DNA of 64,000 bases, from the IMG/VR virus record IMGVR_UViG_3300037439_000266, positions 269 to 64,268 of that record, one strand, 5' to 3'. The notes under the pieces are model-generated. The model was not told the origin of the DNA. It did not search any database and worked only from the letters and a program-made list of their open reading frames with translations. Shown here piece after piece: positions 24,597 through 33,755 of the stretch; within the stretch, counting starts at the first letter, position 1, and every line of letters starts with the position of its first letter. A program made the position numbers and the translations under genes. The stretch comes from a virus. Its lineage: Duplodnaviria > Caudoviricetes.

Positions 24597-25049
24597 ATGC
24601 CCAAACTCTCGAATGAGGCCGCCAAGCAGGTCAACGAAGCCGAGGGCAGCTCGTCCCGCGAGCCGCTGCCGGAGGGCAAGTACCGCGTCCGCCTGATCGA
24701 CGTGGAGTCGACCAAGTCGCAAGCCGGGAACCCCATGTGGGTCTGGAAGTTCGAGGCCGAGGTTCCCTCGGAGCACGCGGGCCGCTGGCTCTGGGAGCGT
24801 ACCGCCATCCAGGACAACACCATGTGGAAGATCCGCCAGGTCTTCGACGCCTTCGGGGTTCCGGCCGACACCGACACCGACGACCTCATCGGCGCGCGCG
24901 TCGACCTGATGGTCGGCCAGACCGTGGCCCAGCGCGGCAAGATGCAGGGCAAGATCGTCAACGAGATCACCGAGTTCCTCCCCGCCTCGGCCCCCGCGAC
25001 GCTCGCCGCTCCCGCCACTCCCAAGGCCGATGAGGTCATCCCGTTCTAG
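24597..25049 (+). CDS. ssDNA-binding protein (DUF669-like)
   Basis: PLPEGKY.V..., SQAGNPM, acidic ..EVIPF tail. Confidence 0.8.
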   Translation: MPKLSNEAAKQVNEAEGSSSREPLPEGKYRVRLIDVESTKSQAGNPMWVWKFEAEVPSEHAGRWLWERTAIQDNTMWKIRQVFDAFGVPADTDTDDLIGARVDLMVGQTVAQRGKMQGKIVNEITEFLPASAPATLAAPATPKADEVIPF

Positions 25050-25104
25050 CTCCTTGAGCCCCGGCCCTCGCGGGCCGGGGCTCCTCTTCCGAAGGACCCC
25101 GAAG

Positions 25105-25470
25105 ATGGACCCACTGACCGAAATGATGATCCTGGACACGCTGCCCGTGGCGCGCGCGGTGCTGGGACTGCCCGACGACCTCGCAGAGCTGGCCGTCCGG
25201 CACGCCTACACCTGCCCTGAAAGGCCGTGCCTGGTGGAGCGCTACCTCACCAGCAAGATGCTGGAGGCCGCTGCCGAGAGCAACGGCGTTCCGATCGAGC
25301 AGGTCACCGACCTGACCCTGGCCGTCTCAAAGGGACTGGCCGACACCCTCCGAATCCGGAAGGAGCAGCAGGGGGAGCTTGCCCCCGGCGAGGCTGAGGC
25401 GGCCTACCGCCAGAGCGCCGAGGCGCTGCACGCCACGATGGAACTCCTGCGGGGAGGCTCCCGTGACTAG
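25105..25470 (+). CDS. Hypothetical protein, 121 aa
   Basis: RBS gaagga; codon bias. Confidence 0.7.
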   Translation: MDPLTEMMILDTLPVARAVLGLPDDLAELAVRHAYTCPERPCLVERYLTSKMLEAAAESNGVPIEQVTDLTLAVSKGLADTLRIRKEQQGELAPGEAEAAYRQSAEALHATMELLRGGSRD

Positions 25471-27481
25471 GCTCAATGAACTTCCCCCGGGACATCCTGT
25501 CACCGTGGACATCGAGGGCAGCGGCCTCCATCCCGACGACGGGGCCACGGTCTCCGTGGTCAGCTTCGCCTACCGTGACCCGACGGACGGCTCCATGGTC
25601 TCCCAGGCGGTGCCGTTCGACCAGGGCCTGCATTCCCCGCTGGGGGAGAAGGTCCTGACGGCCGCAACGCAACGCCGCCTCAAGAAGTGGCCCGAGTGGG
25701 CTCTCGCCGAGGTGGCCCCCAACCGCCCGCCGGAGGACTTCGACCGCCTCCTGCAGCTCTTGGAACCGATGGACCTGGTCTTCCACAACGCCAAGTTCGA
25801 CCTGATGTTCCTGGAGGCCGGTCTGCGGGGGCACCCCGGCCGGAACCTGCAGCCCCGTCTCGCCTGGGACACTATGGTTGCGCAGTGGGTCCGGGAGCCG
25901 CAGATGCCGAAGGGTCTCAAGCCCTCGGCGGTCCGGCTGGAGTTGACCGACTCCGGCGCGGAGGACGCCGAGGCCGAGGCTCTCAAGCCGTGGCTCGGCC
26001 CCAAGTCCGGCAAGAACTCCGACCCTCGCTTCGACCTGGTGCCGTGGTCCGTGATGGAGCCCTACGCCCGAGTCGACGCCGAGCTGACCCTGCTGCTGTG
26101 GGAGTACCAGAACGACCGCCTCGACCCCGAGACCGACGTCGGGTTCTGGAAGTACTTCGATGAGGAGATGGAGTTCATCCACGTCCTGCGCAATATGGAG
26201 CGCCGGGGCGTGGGATTCGACGCCGAAGGCTGCCGGGCCGCCGCCGAGGTGCTGCGCGCCGAGCAGGCCGCCTCGGCGAAGCTCCTGCCTTTCAAGGGCA
26301 GCACGGGCGGCCCCACTCCCAACGCGGCCCGCAAATTCTTCTTCCAAGGCCCCCCGCAGTTCCAGCCGTCCTACGACACCGGCGGCAACGAGATCGAGCT
26401 GGAGGTCCCTGTTGAGGAGCCGGTGCGGCCCGGAACCGAAGACTTCCGGGGGATTCCGCCGTTCCCGGACAAGCTCACCGCCGGGGGCCAGCCCCAGGTG
26501 GATGAAGAGACGGTCACCCGGCTCGTCGCCCAGGGCATTCCGTGGGCGGAGGAGTATGCCAACCACGAAGGCCTGAAGTCGGCCCTGTCGAAGTGGTACG
26601 ACCCGTGGCCCCTGGCCTGCGGGCCGGACGGTCGCCTGCGGACCTCCTACAGGCAGGGCGGCACGATCTCGGGGCGGCTCGCCGTGGGCCGGGTGCAGCT
26701 GCAGGCGATTCCGCACGACTACCTGATGCCCTCGAAGTCGGTGCCCTCGGTCCGAAACTTCTTCCAGCCCCGGCCCGGGTTCCAGCTCTGGGAGTTCGAC
26801 GTCTCGCAGGCCGAGATCCGGCTGGCCACGGCCCTGGCCCGCTGCCGTCCGATGCTGGAGGGCATCGAGCGCGGGGACGACTCCCACTCGATCGCTTGCA
26901 AGCTCATGTTCGGGATCGACGAGTCGGATCCGCTCTGGGACCAGCGACGCCAGATCGCCAAGCGGTGCAACCTCGGAATCCTGTACGGGGCCGGGGCCAA
27001 GGTGATTCGGGAGCAGCTGCTGAAGTTCGCCAACATGGACGTCAGCCTCAAGCAGGTGCGCGAGTGGATTAACGACTGGAAACAGGCGTTCTCCCCGTTC
27101 ACCGTGGCGCTGGAGCGCGCGCAGGACCAGGCCGAACGGATGGGCTACGTGCGGCTGTACAACGGGCGGCAGCGCTGGTTCTCGGACTATGAGCCCTCCC
27201 ACAAGGCGTTCAATCAGATCGTGCAGGGGTCGCTGGCGGAGATCATGAAGACCGCGATGATCGATATCGATCGGCTCTTTCCGGGCGAGTTGCTCCTGCA
27301 GATTCACGACAGCGTTGTGCTGGAGGTTCCGCAGGAACTGGCCCAGGAGCGCGGGCAGCAGGTCTGCGACATCCTGCGGGACCGCTTCGAGCGGGCCGTC
27401 TGGACCCCGTGGGAGACGGGCGGGGAGCCGATCCGCGTCCCGTTCGCCTCGGACGCCAAGGAATGGGTGCGTGCCGCATGA
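25463..27481 (+). CDS. polA: Family A DNA polymerase with 3'-5' exonuclease
   Basis: ExoI DIE, ExoII HNAKFD, ExoIII YARVD; motifs A (DVSQAEIR), B (RQIAKRCNLGILYG), C (IHDS). Confidence 0.95.
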   Translation: MTRLNELPPGHPVTVDIEGSGLHPDDGATVSVVSFAYRDPTDGSMVSQAVPFDQGLHSPLGEKVLTAATQRRLKKWPEWALAEVAPNRPPEDFDRLLQLLEPMDLVFHNAKFDLMFLEAGLRGHPGRNLQPRLAWDTMVAQWVREPQMPKGLKPSAVRLELTDSGAEDAEAEALKPWLGPKSGKNSDPRFDLVPWSVMEPYARVDAELTLLLWEYQNDRLDPETDVGFWKYFDEEMEFIHVLRNMERRGVGFDAEGCRAAAEVLRAEQAASAKLLPFKGSTGGPTPNAARKFFFQGPPQFQPSYDTGGNEIELEVPVEEPVRPGTEDFRGIPPFPDKLTAGGQPQVDEETVTRLVAQGIPWAEEYANHEGLKSALSKWYDPWPLACGPDGRLRTSYRQGGTISGRLAVGRVQLQAIPHDYLMPSKSVPSVRNFFQPRPGFQLWEFDVSQAEIRLATALARCRPMLEGIERGDDSHSIACKLMFGIDESDPLWDQRRQIAKRCNLGILYGAGAKVIREQLLKFANMDVSLKQVREWINDWKQAFSPFTVALERAQDQAERMGYVRLYNGRQRWFSDYEPSHKAFNQIVQGSLAEIMKTAMIDIDRLFPGELLLQIHDSVVLEVPQELAQERGQQVCDILRDRFERAVWTPWETGGEPIRVPFASDAKEWVRAA

Positions 27482-27843
27482 GTGAAGAGTTGGCATGGCC
27501 CAACCTGGTCCTGATTGACCTGCGATCCGCCAAGGCGCTGTCCGAGGATGAGTCGCCCGACGCCGACGAGATTTACGCGTCCGCCATCGACGTGCCGGAC
27601 CTCCTCACCGAGGTCAAACGCCTGCGGCAGGAGAACCTGAACCTCCGTGAGATGATCGAGGCAGGGGGCGATCGAGCCCGACGTCTGGAAGGGGCCAACA
27701 CCAAACTGACCAGCGACGCCAAGTGGCTGTTCGGGGAGTTCGGATGGGAGCATTGGCGCGAATGCGACATTCCCGACGAAGAGGATGGCGGATGCGGGTC
27801 CTGCGCCGCCCTAAAGAAAATGAGGCCTGAGTATGGAAATTGA
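27478..27843 (+). CDS. Hypothetical protein, 121 aa
   Basis: ATGA coupling. Confidence 0.7.
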   Translation: MSEELAWPNLVLIDLRSAKALSEDESPDADEIYASAIDVPDLLTEVKRLRQENLNLREMIEAGGDRARRLEGANTKLTSDAKWLFGEFGWEHWRECDIPDEEDGGCGSCAALKKMRPEYGN

Positions 27844-28042
27844 CCTGGAGCGCATCAAGGCCGACATCGCGGACGAGTTCGACATGCCGGACTGGGTCAA
27901 GGCGCACGTTGCGGACCTGATTCTCGAAGTTGAGCGGCTGACTCAGCGCGAGCACAAGCTCAACGCTCTGGAGACGTACGGCGTCGACAATTGGGAGGGC
28001 TACGAGCCCGCCATGAATGACGAAGAGGGGGAGTTCGATTGA
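27833..28042 (+). CDS. Hypothetical protein, 69 aa (LNALETYGVDNWEGY motif)
   Basis: Common phage microprotein motif. Confidence 0.75.
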   Translation: MEIDLERIKADIADEFDMPDWVKAHVADLILEVERLTQREHKLNALETYGVDNWEGYEPAMNDEEGEFD

Positions 28043-28217
28043 AGCGAGACTTCCACGCCCGACTCACTCCAGACGGCTATACTCTGCACTGTCGGCGATG
28101 CGGCACCTACGAGCCACTCGCACGGGACACCCTCCTGCACGACGTGGCCGCCATCCACGCCCGGTGGTTCCACCAGTGGGGCAAGCCCCAAATCCCGCCG
28201 ATGGGAAGGATCGTCTG

Positions 28218-28463
28218 ATGCGGATTAATTATCGGATCAGTTTCGTGGACGCCGCCGGGAACAAGATCCCAGGGCCCGTGATGCAAGCTCCTGAGGACGC
28301 CGTGGAGGTGGCGGGCATGGAGATCTGGATCGTCCCCGAAGTCAACAACCCGTTCTACCCTAACACCGGTCGTCCGGAGGCGGGGGACGTTCGAATCGTG
28401 GGCAACCAGGTTGAAGCGTTCGATGGAACCGAGTGGGCCGAGTATCGGAAGGAGACCATGTGA
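28218..28463 (+). CDS. Hypothetical protein, 81 aa
   Basis: RBS ggaagga. Confidence 0.65.
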   Translation: MRINYRISFVDAAGNKIPGPVMQAPEDAVEVAGMEIWIVPEVNNPFYPNTGRPEAGDVRIVGNQVEAFDGTEWAEYRKETM

Positions 28464-28474
28464 GGCAGGACGAT

Positions 28475-28502
28475 CCCCGAGACTGGCCGCAGCACGTGGT
28501 GG
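28475..28502 (+). repeat. 28-bp direct repeat, copy 1 (orphan 5' end of resolvase gene)
   Basis: CCCCGAGACTGGCCGCAGCACGTGGTGG, identical at 29035-29062. Confidence 0.9.
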
Positions 28503-28514
28503 TAGGCTGTACCC

Positions 28515-29033
28515 GTGGACAAGAGATGCTCTAAGTGCCAAGAAATTAAGCCGCTCGACGCTTTCGGGCTGGACAAACGAGCCGCGACGGGCCGCCAGTC
28601 GCAGTGCAGGGCCTGTCAGTACGCCTACGATCTCGAACGATATCGTAACAACCCGGACCGCCAGGCCAAGGCTCAGCACCGAAATCGGGAAGGAGCCAAG
28701 CGCCGCTGGCGTGCTGGCGGCCCTGATAAGGCCCGAGAATACCGAACCAAGCTGCGAGCTGACGCCATCTCCGCCTATGGCGGGGTCTGCCAGTGCTGCG
28801 GCGAGAGCTGGGAGCCGTTCCTTCAAATAGACCACATAAAGGGGAACGGCAACCAACACCGCAAAGAGATCGGACAGTCCAACATTTACCAATGGCTAAG
28901 GTCTAATGATTACCCCCCGGGGTTTCAAGTCCTGTGCGCCAACTGCAACTCCGTCAAGGAGCGCGGGCAGTGCCCGCCCGAACACAAGAGTGGAGGTGAT
29001 TTGACAAGTGAAAAACTCTATGAAAATGGATGA
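28515..29033 (+). CDS. HNH-type endonuclease 1
   Basis: CSKC...CRAC; CQCCGE...IDH...LCANCN. Confidence 0.85.
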   Translation: MDKRCSKCQEIKPLDAFGLDKRAATGRQSQCRACQYAYDLERYRNNPDRQAKAQHRNREGAKRRWRAGGPDKAREYRTKLRADAISAYGGVCQCCGESWEPFLQIDHIKGNGNQHRKEIGQSNIYQWLRSNDYPPGFQVLCANCNSVKERGQCPPEHKSGGDLTSEKLYENG

Positions 29034-29668
29034 CCCCCGAGACTGGCCGCAGCACGTGGTGGCGATCGACCCGGGCGCGCCCCATCACGGCGTGGTGATG
29101 GCCAAGGTGACCCCCGAGGGTTGCCTGCTCACGGGAGCCTGGGAGCTGAGCGGGGAGGACGAGCTTTACGACCGGTTCTCCCTCTGGGCTCGCAGCGGCG
29201 GCCTCGCCAACCTGGTGCTGGAAGAGTATCGCTTGTATTTATCCCTGGATGGCGCGGCAGCAGGGGTTCTCGGACTTCCCGGTGCCGCAAGCGATCGGCG
29301 CGCTGCGCTATATCGCCAGGCAGCACAACATCCCGGTGACGATGCAGAAGGCGGCCGATAAGAAGATCGCCCGCAAGCTGGCCGAGGTGCGCGGGGTGCC
29401 GATGGCGCTCCGGTCGCTGGGGTCGGGGAAGGGAGCGTACAAGGGTCCCGACTTCGACGCGAAGTGGCTCCGGGACTTGTACGGCGTGAAATCGTCGCAG
29501 CACGTCCGCGATGCCTTGGCGCACCTGGTACATTGGGTCTGGACGAACAAAGAGGCCCCGGCGCTGCGGTACACAGGAGCCCCACACGCCCCACCCACCC
29601 CAGAGAGAACAGCGCTGGGCTGGGTGTTACGATTGTCAGGTACGCACACAACGCAGGGAAGGAGCCCG
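29008..29668 (+). pseudogene. RuvC-like Holliday junction resolvase, frameshifted at about 29235-29243, C-half in frame with HNH 2
   Basis: AIDPG, VLEEYRLY|(Y)PW, QAIGALRY, QHVRDALAH motifs split across two frames. Confidence 0.75.
29035..29062 (+). repeat. 28-bp direct repeat, copy 2
   Basis: Identical to 28475-28502. Confidence 0.9.
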
Positions 29669-30103
29669 ATGGACTGTATTAACGGACACAAGAACCCCGA
29701 ACGCTACGCCAACGGCACCTGCAAGCAGTGCACCAAGGACAAAGCTGAGGAGTGGAGGCGCGACCCCGTCAACTGGGAGAAGCGCCGGGAAACAGAGCGA
29801 CTCCGGGCCCAGCGCCAGCGTCAATCCGACCGAGAAGCAGCCCTGACCAAATACGGCCCCGGCTGCCGCTGCTGTGGCGAATCGATCGAGACCTTCCTTA
29901 CGATTGACCACGTAGACGGGGGCGGGGCCGCACATCGAAAAGAGATTTTCGGCCCCAACTACTCGGGACGTCGTCCGGCGGGTAGCCGCACCTACCGCTG
30001 GCTGCGCCTTAACAACTACCCCTCAGGATTTCAGGTCCTGTGCTTCAACTGCAATTATGCCAAGCACGCTCTCGGAGCGTGTCCTCACCAGAAGGGCAAG
30101 TAA
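29669..30103 (+). CDS. HNH-type endonuclease 2 (same family as HNH 1)
   Basis: RBS aaggag; CRCCGE...IDH...LCFNCN. Confidence 0.85.
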   Translation: MDCINGHKNPERYANGTCKQCTKDKAEEWRRDPVNWEKRRETERLRAQRQRQSDREAALTKYGPGCRCCGESIETFLTIDHVDGGGAAHRKEIFGPNYSGRRPAGSRTYRWLRLNNYPSGFQVLCFNCNYAKHALGACPHQKGK

Positions 30104-30104
30104 G

Positions 30105-31286
30105 ATGGAACGTGGCAGGATCTCCGTCGTAGTCGGAGGGCAATTCGGGTCCGAGGGTAAGGGGGCCGTTGCCGCCTGGATCGGACGAACGGCAGTCAAT
30201 GAGGGTCGAGAGGTGTTGGGGGTGCGCGTGGGGGGGCCGAATGCTGGCCATACTACGTACGGCCGCTGCCCCTACGAGATCGATAAGCAGGACAACCCTC
30301 AAGCGAGCTGCGCCAAGTGCAACGAGTTCGGACACCCGTGGGCGCTGCGCCAGGTGCCGGTCGTGGCAGTCACGAACCCCGAGGCGGGGCTGGTCATCGC
30401 GGCCGGTTCCGAGGTGGACCCCGAGGTCCTGGCCACCGAACTGGCCCTGCTCGACCGGGCCGGTTACCGGGCCACGGAGCGCTTGGTCCTGGACGGCAAC
30501 GCGACCCTCCTGATGGAGTCGCACCGTTCGGCCGAGGCCGGGAAGGAGCTGCAGAAGCGGCTCGGCTCCACGGCCAAGGGAATCGGCGGGGCCCGGGTCG
30601 ACCGGCTCTGGCGCGAGGCCCGCACCGTGGCCCTCCACGACGGTTTCCCGCCAGAGCTCTACGGGGACCCGGACATCTCGATGGACACGGCCGACCTGAT
30701 GGAGCGTGTCCTGGCCGAGGGCGGCCACGTCATCATCGAGGGGACCCAGGGCTACGGGCTCGGTCTCCACACCGAGTACTACCCCTTCACGACCTCGGGT
30801 GACTGCCGCGCCATCGACTTCCTGGCGCAGGCCGGGCTCAGCCCTTGGCTCCCCGAAACAGAACTCAAGGTCGTCGTCTGCTTCCGGCCGTTCCCGATCC
30901 GCGTCGCCGGGAACTCCGGGCCGATGGGGGTCGAGACCACCTGGGACAACCTGGGGCTCCCGCAGGAGCTGACCACGGTGACCCAGAAGGTCCGTCGCGT
31001 CGCCGAGTGGGACCCCGCCCTGGTCGAGACCGCAATCCGCGCCAACGGCGGCCTCGGCCCCCACATGGTCCTGGCCCTCACCATGGCCGACCACGTCATC
31101 CCGGAGCTGAAAGGCATGTCCCGGTTCATCGAGGTCGGGGCCGACAATGAGGCGGCCATCCAGAAGTGGGTCGAATCCTCGGGGCTGTCCCCCGAGGTTC
31201 GGGGGGCGCTGTGGGGCCAACTGGGCTACGGCCGCACCCTGCTGGGAACCGGGCCGACTACGATGTTGGGAGACCTTCCCGAATAA
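30105..31286 (+). CDS. purZ: Diaminopurine synthetase, PurZ/PurZ0-type (adenylosuccinate synthetase homolog)
   Basis: GQFGSEGKG (Ser for PurA catalytic Asp), GPNAGHT, EGTQG, TTVT..RR, TMAD. Confidence 0.85.
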   Translation: MERGRISVVVGGQFGSEGKGAVAAWIGRTAVNEGREVLGVRVGGPNAGHTTYGRCPYEIDKQDNPQASCAKCNEFGHPWALRQVPVVAVTNPEAGLVIAAGSEVDPEVLATELALLDRAGYRATERLVLDGNATLLMESHRSAEAGKELQKRLGSTAKGIGGARVDRLWREARTVALHDGFPPELYGDPDISMDTADLMERVLAEGGHVIIEGTQGYGLGLHTEYYPFTTSGDCRAIDFLAQAGLSPWLPETELKVVVCFRPFPIRVAGNSGPMGVETTWDNLGLPQELTTVTQKVRRVAEWDPALVETAIRANGGLGPHMVLALTMADHVIPELKGMSRFIEVGADNEAAIQKWVESSGLSPEVRGALWGQLGYGRTLLGTGPTTMLGDLPE

Positions 31287-31391
31287 AGCTCGGGGCTAGA
31301 GGCTATGGCAATAGCCCCCCGGCCCTGATAATTTGAAGACGGGCAAGGGAGGCCCCATCGCGGGGCCTCCCCGAGCAAGAAGGAGCTAGCC

Positions 31392-31733
31392 GTGGCGGAC
31401 AAGACCGACAAGATCGGGGACCTGCGACCCAACTTCCACCGTTGGTGGGCCGAGATGGTCGACAAGGAAGCCCCTACGATTCAGGCCAAGGCTCAGGAGT
31501 ACGGATCGAACTCGCTGGCTCAGATGGGCCACATGTTCGCCCGAGCCCAGGGACGAGGCGTCACCGAGGCCGAGGCCCTGGAGATCGGCAGCTTCATCTA
31601 CGCCTACGGCAAGCTCCAGCGCGTGGGGGACGCTCTTCTCCACGGCAAACTCCCGTCCACCGACACCTGGACGGACTTGGCCGTGTACTCGACGATGTCC
31701 CTCTACATTCGCGAAACCGGCCAGTGGCCCTAA
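31392..31733 (+). CDS. All-alpha nucleotide-modification-associated protein (DUF1599/MazG-like)
   Basis: K..EYG...K..R...DT..DL..Y pattern; lies between purZ and dut. Confidence 0.6.
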   Translation: MADKTDKIGDLRPNFHRWWAEMVDKEAPTIQAKAQEYGSNSLAQMGHMFARAQGRGVTEAEALEIGSFIYAYGKLQRVGDALLHGKLPSTDTWTDLAVYSTMSLYIRETGQWP

Positions 31734-31753
31734 CGAAAGGTAAAGCCTCACCA

Positions 31754-32323
31754 ATGAGCAATCCGATTGAGATCCCCGAATACCTGAAGGACCCCGACCC
31801 GCACGAGTTCCGCGAGGTCCGAATCGACCTGGACGGGTTCGCCGTTCCGGACCCGCCCTTCACCGGGAAGCTGCGCTACGAGGCCAGCGACCCCGACTTC
31901 GAGCTGAAGCAGGGCTACCCCGGCGACGCCGGGTTCGACCTCGCCGCCAGCGAGGACTGGACCGTGGACGCCCACGACCACGGCCTGATCCCGACCGGGG
32001 TCAAGCTCGAAATCCCCGAGGGGCTGTTCGTCTGGATCGTGGCCCGATCCTCCACGATGAAGAACTGGGGATTCATGGTCCTGCCGGGCATCATCGACAC
32101 CGGATTCCGAGGTGAGCTGTACGCCTCGGTCTACAACACCCGAGGCTACTCGGTTTCGGTGAAGAAGGGCGACCGCATCGCGCAGGTCGTGCCGCTGCCG
32201 AACGTCGCGCCTCTCCTGGAGCCCCAGCGCGTCGACTTCGTGGACGCCGACACCTCCCGAGGTGCGGCCGGTTTCGGCTCGACCGGGGTCGGGGGCAGCG
32301 GCTGCCTGGCCGGTTGCCCCTAG
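31754..32323 (+). CDS. dut: Trimeric dUTPase-family pyrophosphatase
   Basis: AGFDL, ARSS, GIIDTGFRGE, GDRIAQ, RG..GFGSTG. Confidence 0.9.
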   Translation: MSNPIEIPEYLKDPDPHEFREVRIDLDGFAVPDPPFTGKLRYEASDPDFELKQGYPGDAGFDLAASEDWTVDAHDHGLIPTGVKLEIPEGLFVWIVARSSTMKNWGFMVLPGIIDTGFRGELYASVYNTRGYSVSVKKGDRIAQVVPLPNVAPLLEPQRVDFVDADTSRGAAGFGSTGVGGSGCLAGCP

Positions 32324-32330
32324 CAGCAAC

Positions 32331-32360
32331 GAGCCCCGCCCCCAAAAGGGGGCGGGGCTC
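32331..32360. terminator. 13-bp hairpin between convergent early/middle and late operons
   Basis: GAGCCCCGCCCCC-AAAA-GGGGGCGGGGCTC. Confidence 0.8.
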
Positions 32361-32371
32361 CGCTGTGTTCG

Positions 32372-32590
32372 CTAGGAGTTGGGGTCCAACGGGTCAATTT
32401 CCCGAGGCTCGGGGCCCGGGGGCGACAGGAACGCCCGAGCCAGGAGATTTCCTGCCGCCGTGGCAGCCAGGGCCACCGCAACCAGCAGGTCGCCGAGGTC
32501 CTCAACTCGCGTCGCTCCGAAAACGACTAGCGCCAGACCCGCCAGGAACAGGCCCACATAGAGCCCGCCGCGAAGATTCCGATTCTTCAT
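32372..32590 (-). CDS. Holin-like 2-TM membrane protein
   Basis: Two TMs; lysis module position. Confidence 0.6.
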   Translation of the reverse strand: MKNRNLRGGLYVGLFLAGLALVVFGATRVEDLGDLLVAVALAATAAGNLLARAFLSPPGPEPREIDPLDPNS

Positions 32591-32603
32591 CCAATTCACC
32601 CCC

Positions 32604-32879
32604 TCAGTTGAACGCAACGTAGGCAGAAACCAAGAGGGCCATCATGGCGATTGCAGTGGCTGCGGAGGGGATGGCCCACGCCCTACGTTCCACTGCCCTC
32701 AACCGGGTTTCGTGGTCCTCCACGTCCCTAGCGATCTTGTCCACGGTGCTCTTCAAGTCCCGCAGGTCGCCTCGGATTTCCCCGCTCTGACTTCGAAGTT
32801 CTACGCAAAGGTTGTAGATCTCCTGGGCTCCAATCACAACGTGCCCGAGTCCTCCCCCGGGATCAGGCACGGAACTCAT
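32604..32879 (-). CDS. Coiled-coil protein with C-terminal TM (lysis accessory)
   Basis: DHETRLRAVE..W + TM. Confidence 0.7.
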   Translation of the reverse strand: MSSVPDPGGGLGHVVIGAQEIYNLCVELRSQSGEIRGDLRDLKSTVDKIARDVEDHETRLRAVERRAWAIPSAATAIAMMALLVSAYVAFN

Positions 32880-32881
32880 GG

Positions 32882-33739
32882 TCACTTCTCGCCCAGCAGG
32901 TAGGTCCAGCTCCAGCGTCCGCAAATGCGGTCACCCTTGCCGTTCACCACGGAGTTGGGGACCCGCTTGGCCTCCTGGAACGCCTCCAGGGCGTCCCCAG
33001 TGCCGTCGCCGAAGCTGTCGTCCGGCTCGCCCTTCGAGTTGAACGAACGGGCGGGTGGGAACCCGTTCGCGGCGAGCAGCGACTGGAGGCGGCCGACGTC
33101 CGCACCTCGGTCGCCCTGTTCCAAAGTTGGCAGTGCCATGATGACCTCCGAGGTCCAGTCGTTGCCCGAGGCGGGCGGGTTGGAAGGCTTGGGCGGGGCG
33201 GACCCCCCGCCTCGGACCAGCTGCAACAGGTAGTCCATCGGGAAGTTCGGTCCCGGGTCCGTGTGGGTCGTGTCGCCCCAGGCTCGGCGGCACTGGTCGT
33301 GGGTCACAATCCCGGACTTCCCGGCCCGCATCTCGGCAATCGAGAGTGTCCGGGCGGCGATGCCGTGGACGTCCATGTCGGCTCGGATCTGGGCCGCCAG
33401 TCCGCGCCAGTAGACGTTGCTGATCCACCAGCTCCGGGACTTCCCATTCGAGCCGGTGATCTCGTAGGAGATGCCCGTTCCGTTGCCCTCGGGCGACCCG
33501 ACGTGCCAGGCTCGCCAGTCGGTGTCCAGGCTCTGGCGGATGGAGTTGTCGTCCACGTAGTAGTGGGAGCTGACGCCGTCCGTCCGCCGCTTGGCGTACG
33601 ACGCCTCGGCCGAGTCGGATGCGTCGTTGCTGGTGTTGTGGATGACGATGATCCGCTTCGCGGTACGAAGCGGTCGACCTTTCGAATCCTTGCTGTAGTT
33701 CCGACCTGGGCCGTCCCAGATCGACGCGTATTTGGCCAT
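32882..33739 (-). CDS. Endolysin: Amidase_2 plus peptidoglycan-binding domain
   Basis: IVIHNT, SSHY, AWH, E, H.DPG; GxxVxxLQ...DG..G..T. Confidence 0.9.
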   Translation of the reverse strand: MAKYASIWDGPGRNYSKDSKGRPLRTAKRIIVIHNTSNDASDSAEASYAKRRTDGVSSHYYVDDNSIRQSLDTDWRAWHVGSPEGNGTGISYEITGSNGKSRSWWISNVYWRGLAAQIRADMDVHGIAARTLSIAEMRAGKSGIVTHDQCRRAWGDTTHTDPGPNFPMDYLLQLVRGGGSAPPKPSNPPASGNDWTSEVIMALPTLEQGDRGADVGRLQSLLAANGFPPARSFNSKGEPDDSFGDGTGDALEAFQEAKRVPNSVVNGKGDRICGRWSWTYLLGEK

Positions 33740-33755
33740 TCCTGCCCTTCTTTCC

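Noticed and set aside
25304-27496. 730-aa minus-strand ORF
   Set aside because: Antisense shadow of the DNA polymerase, caused by codon bias
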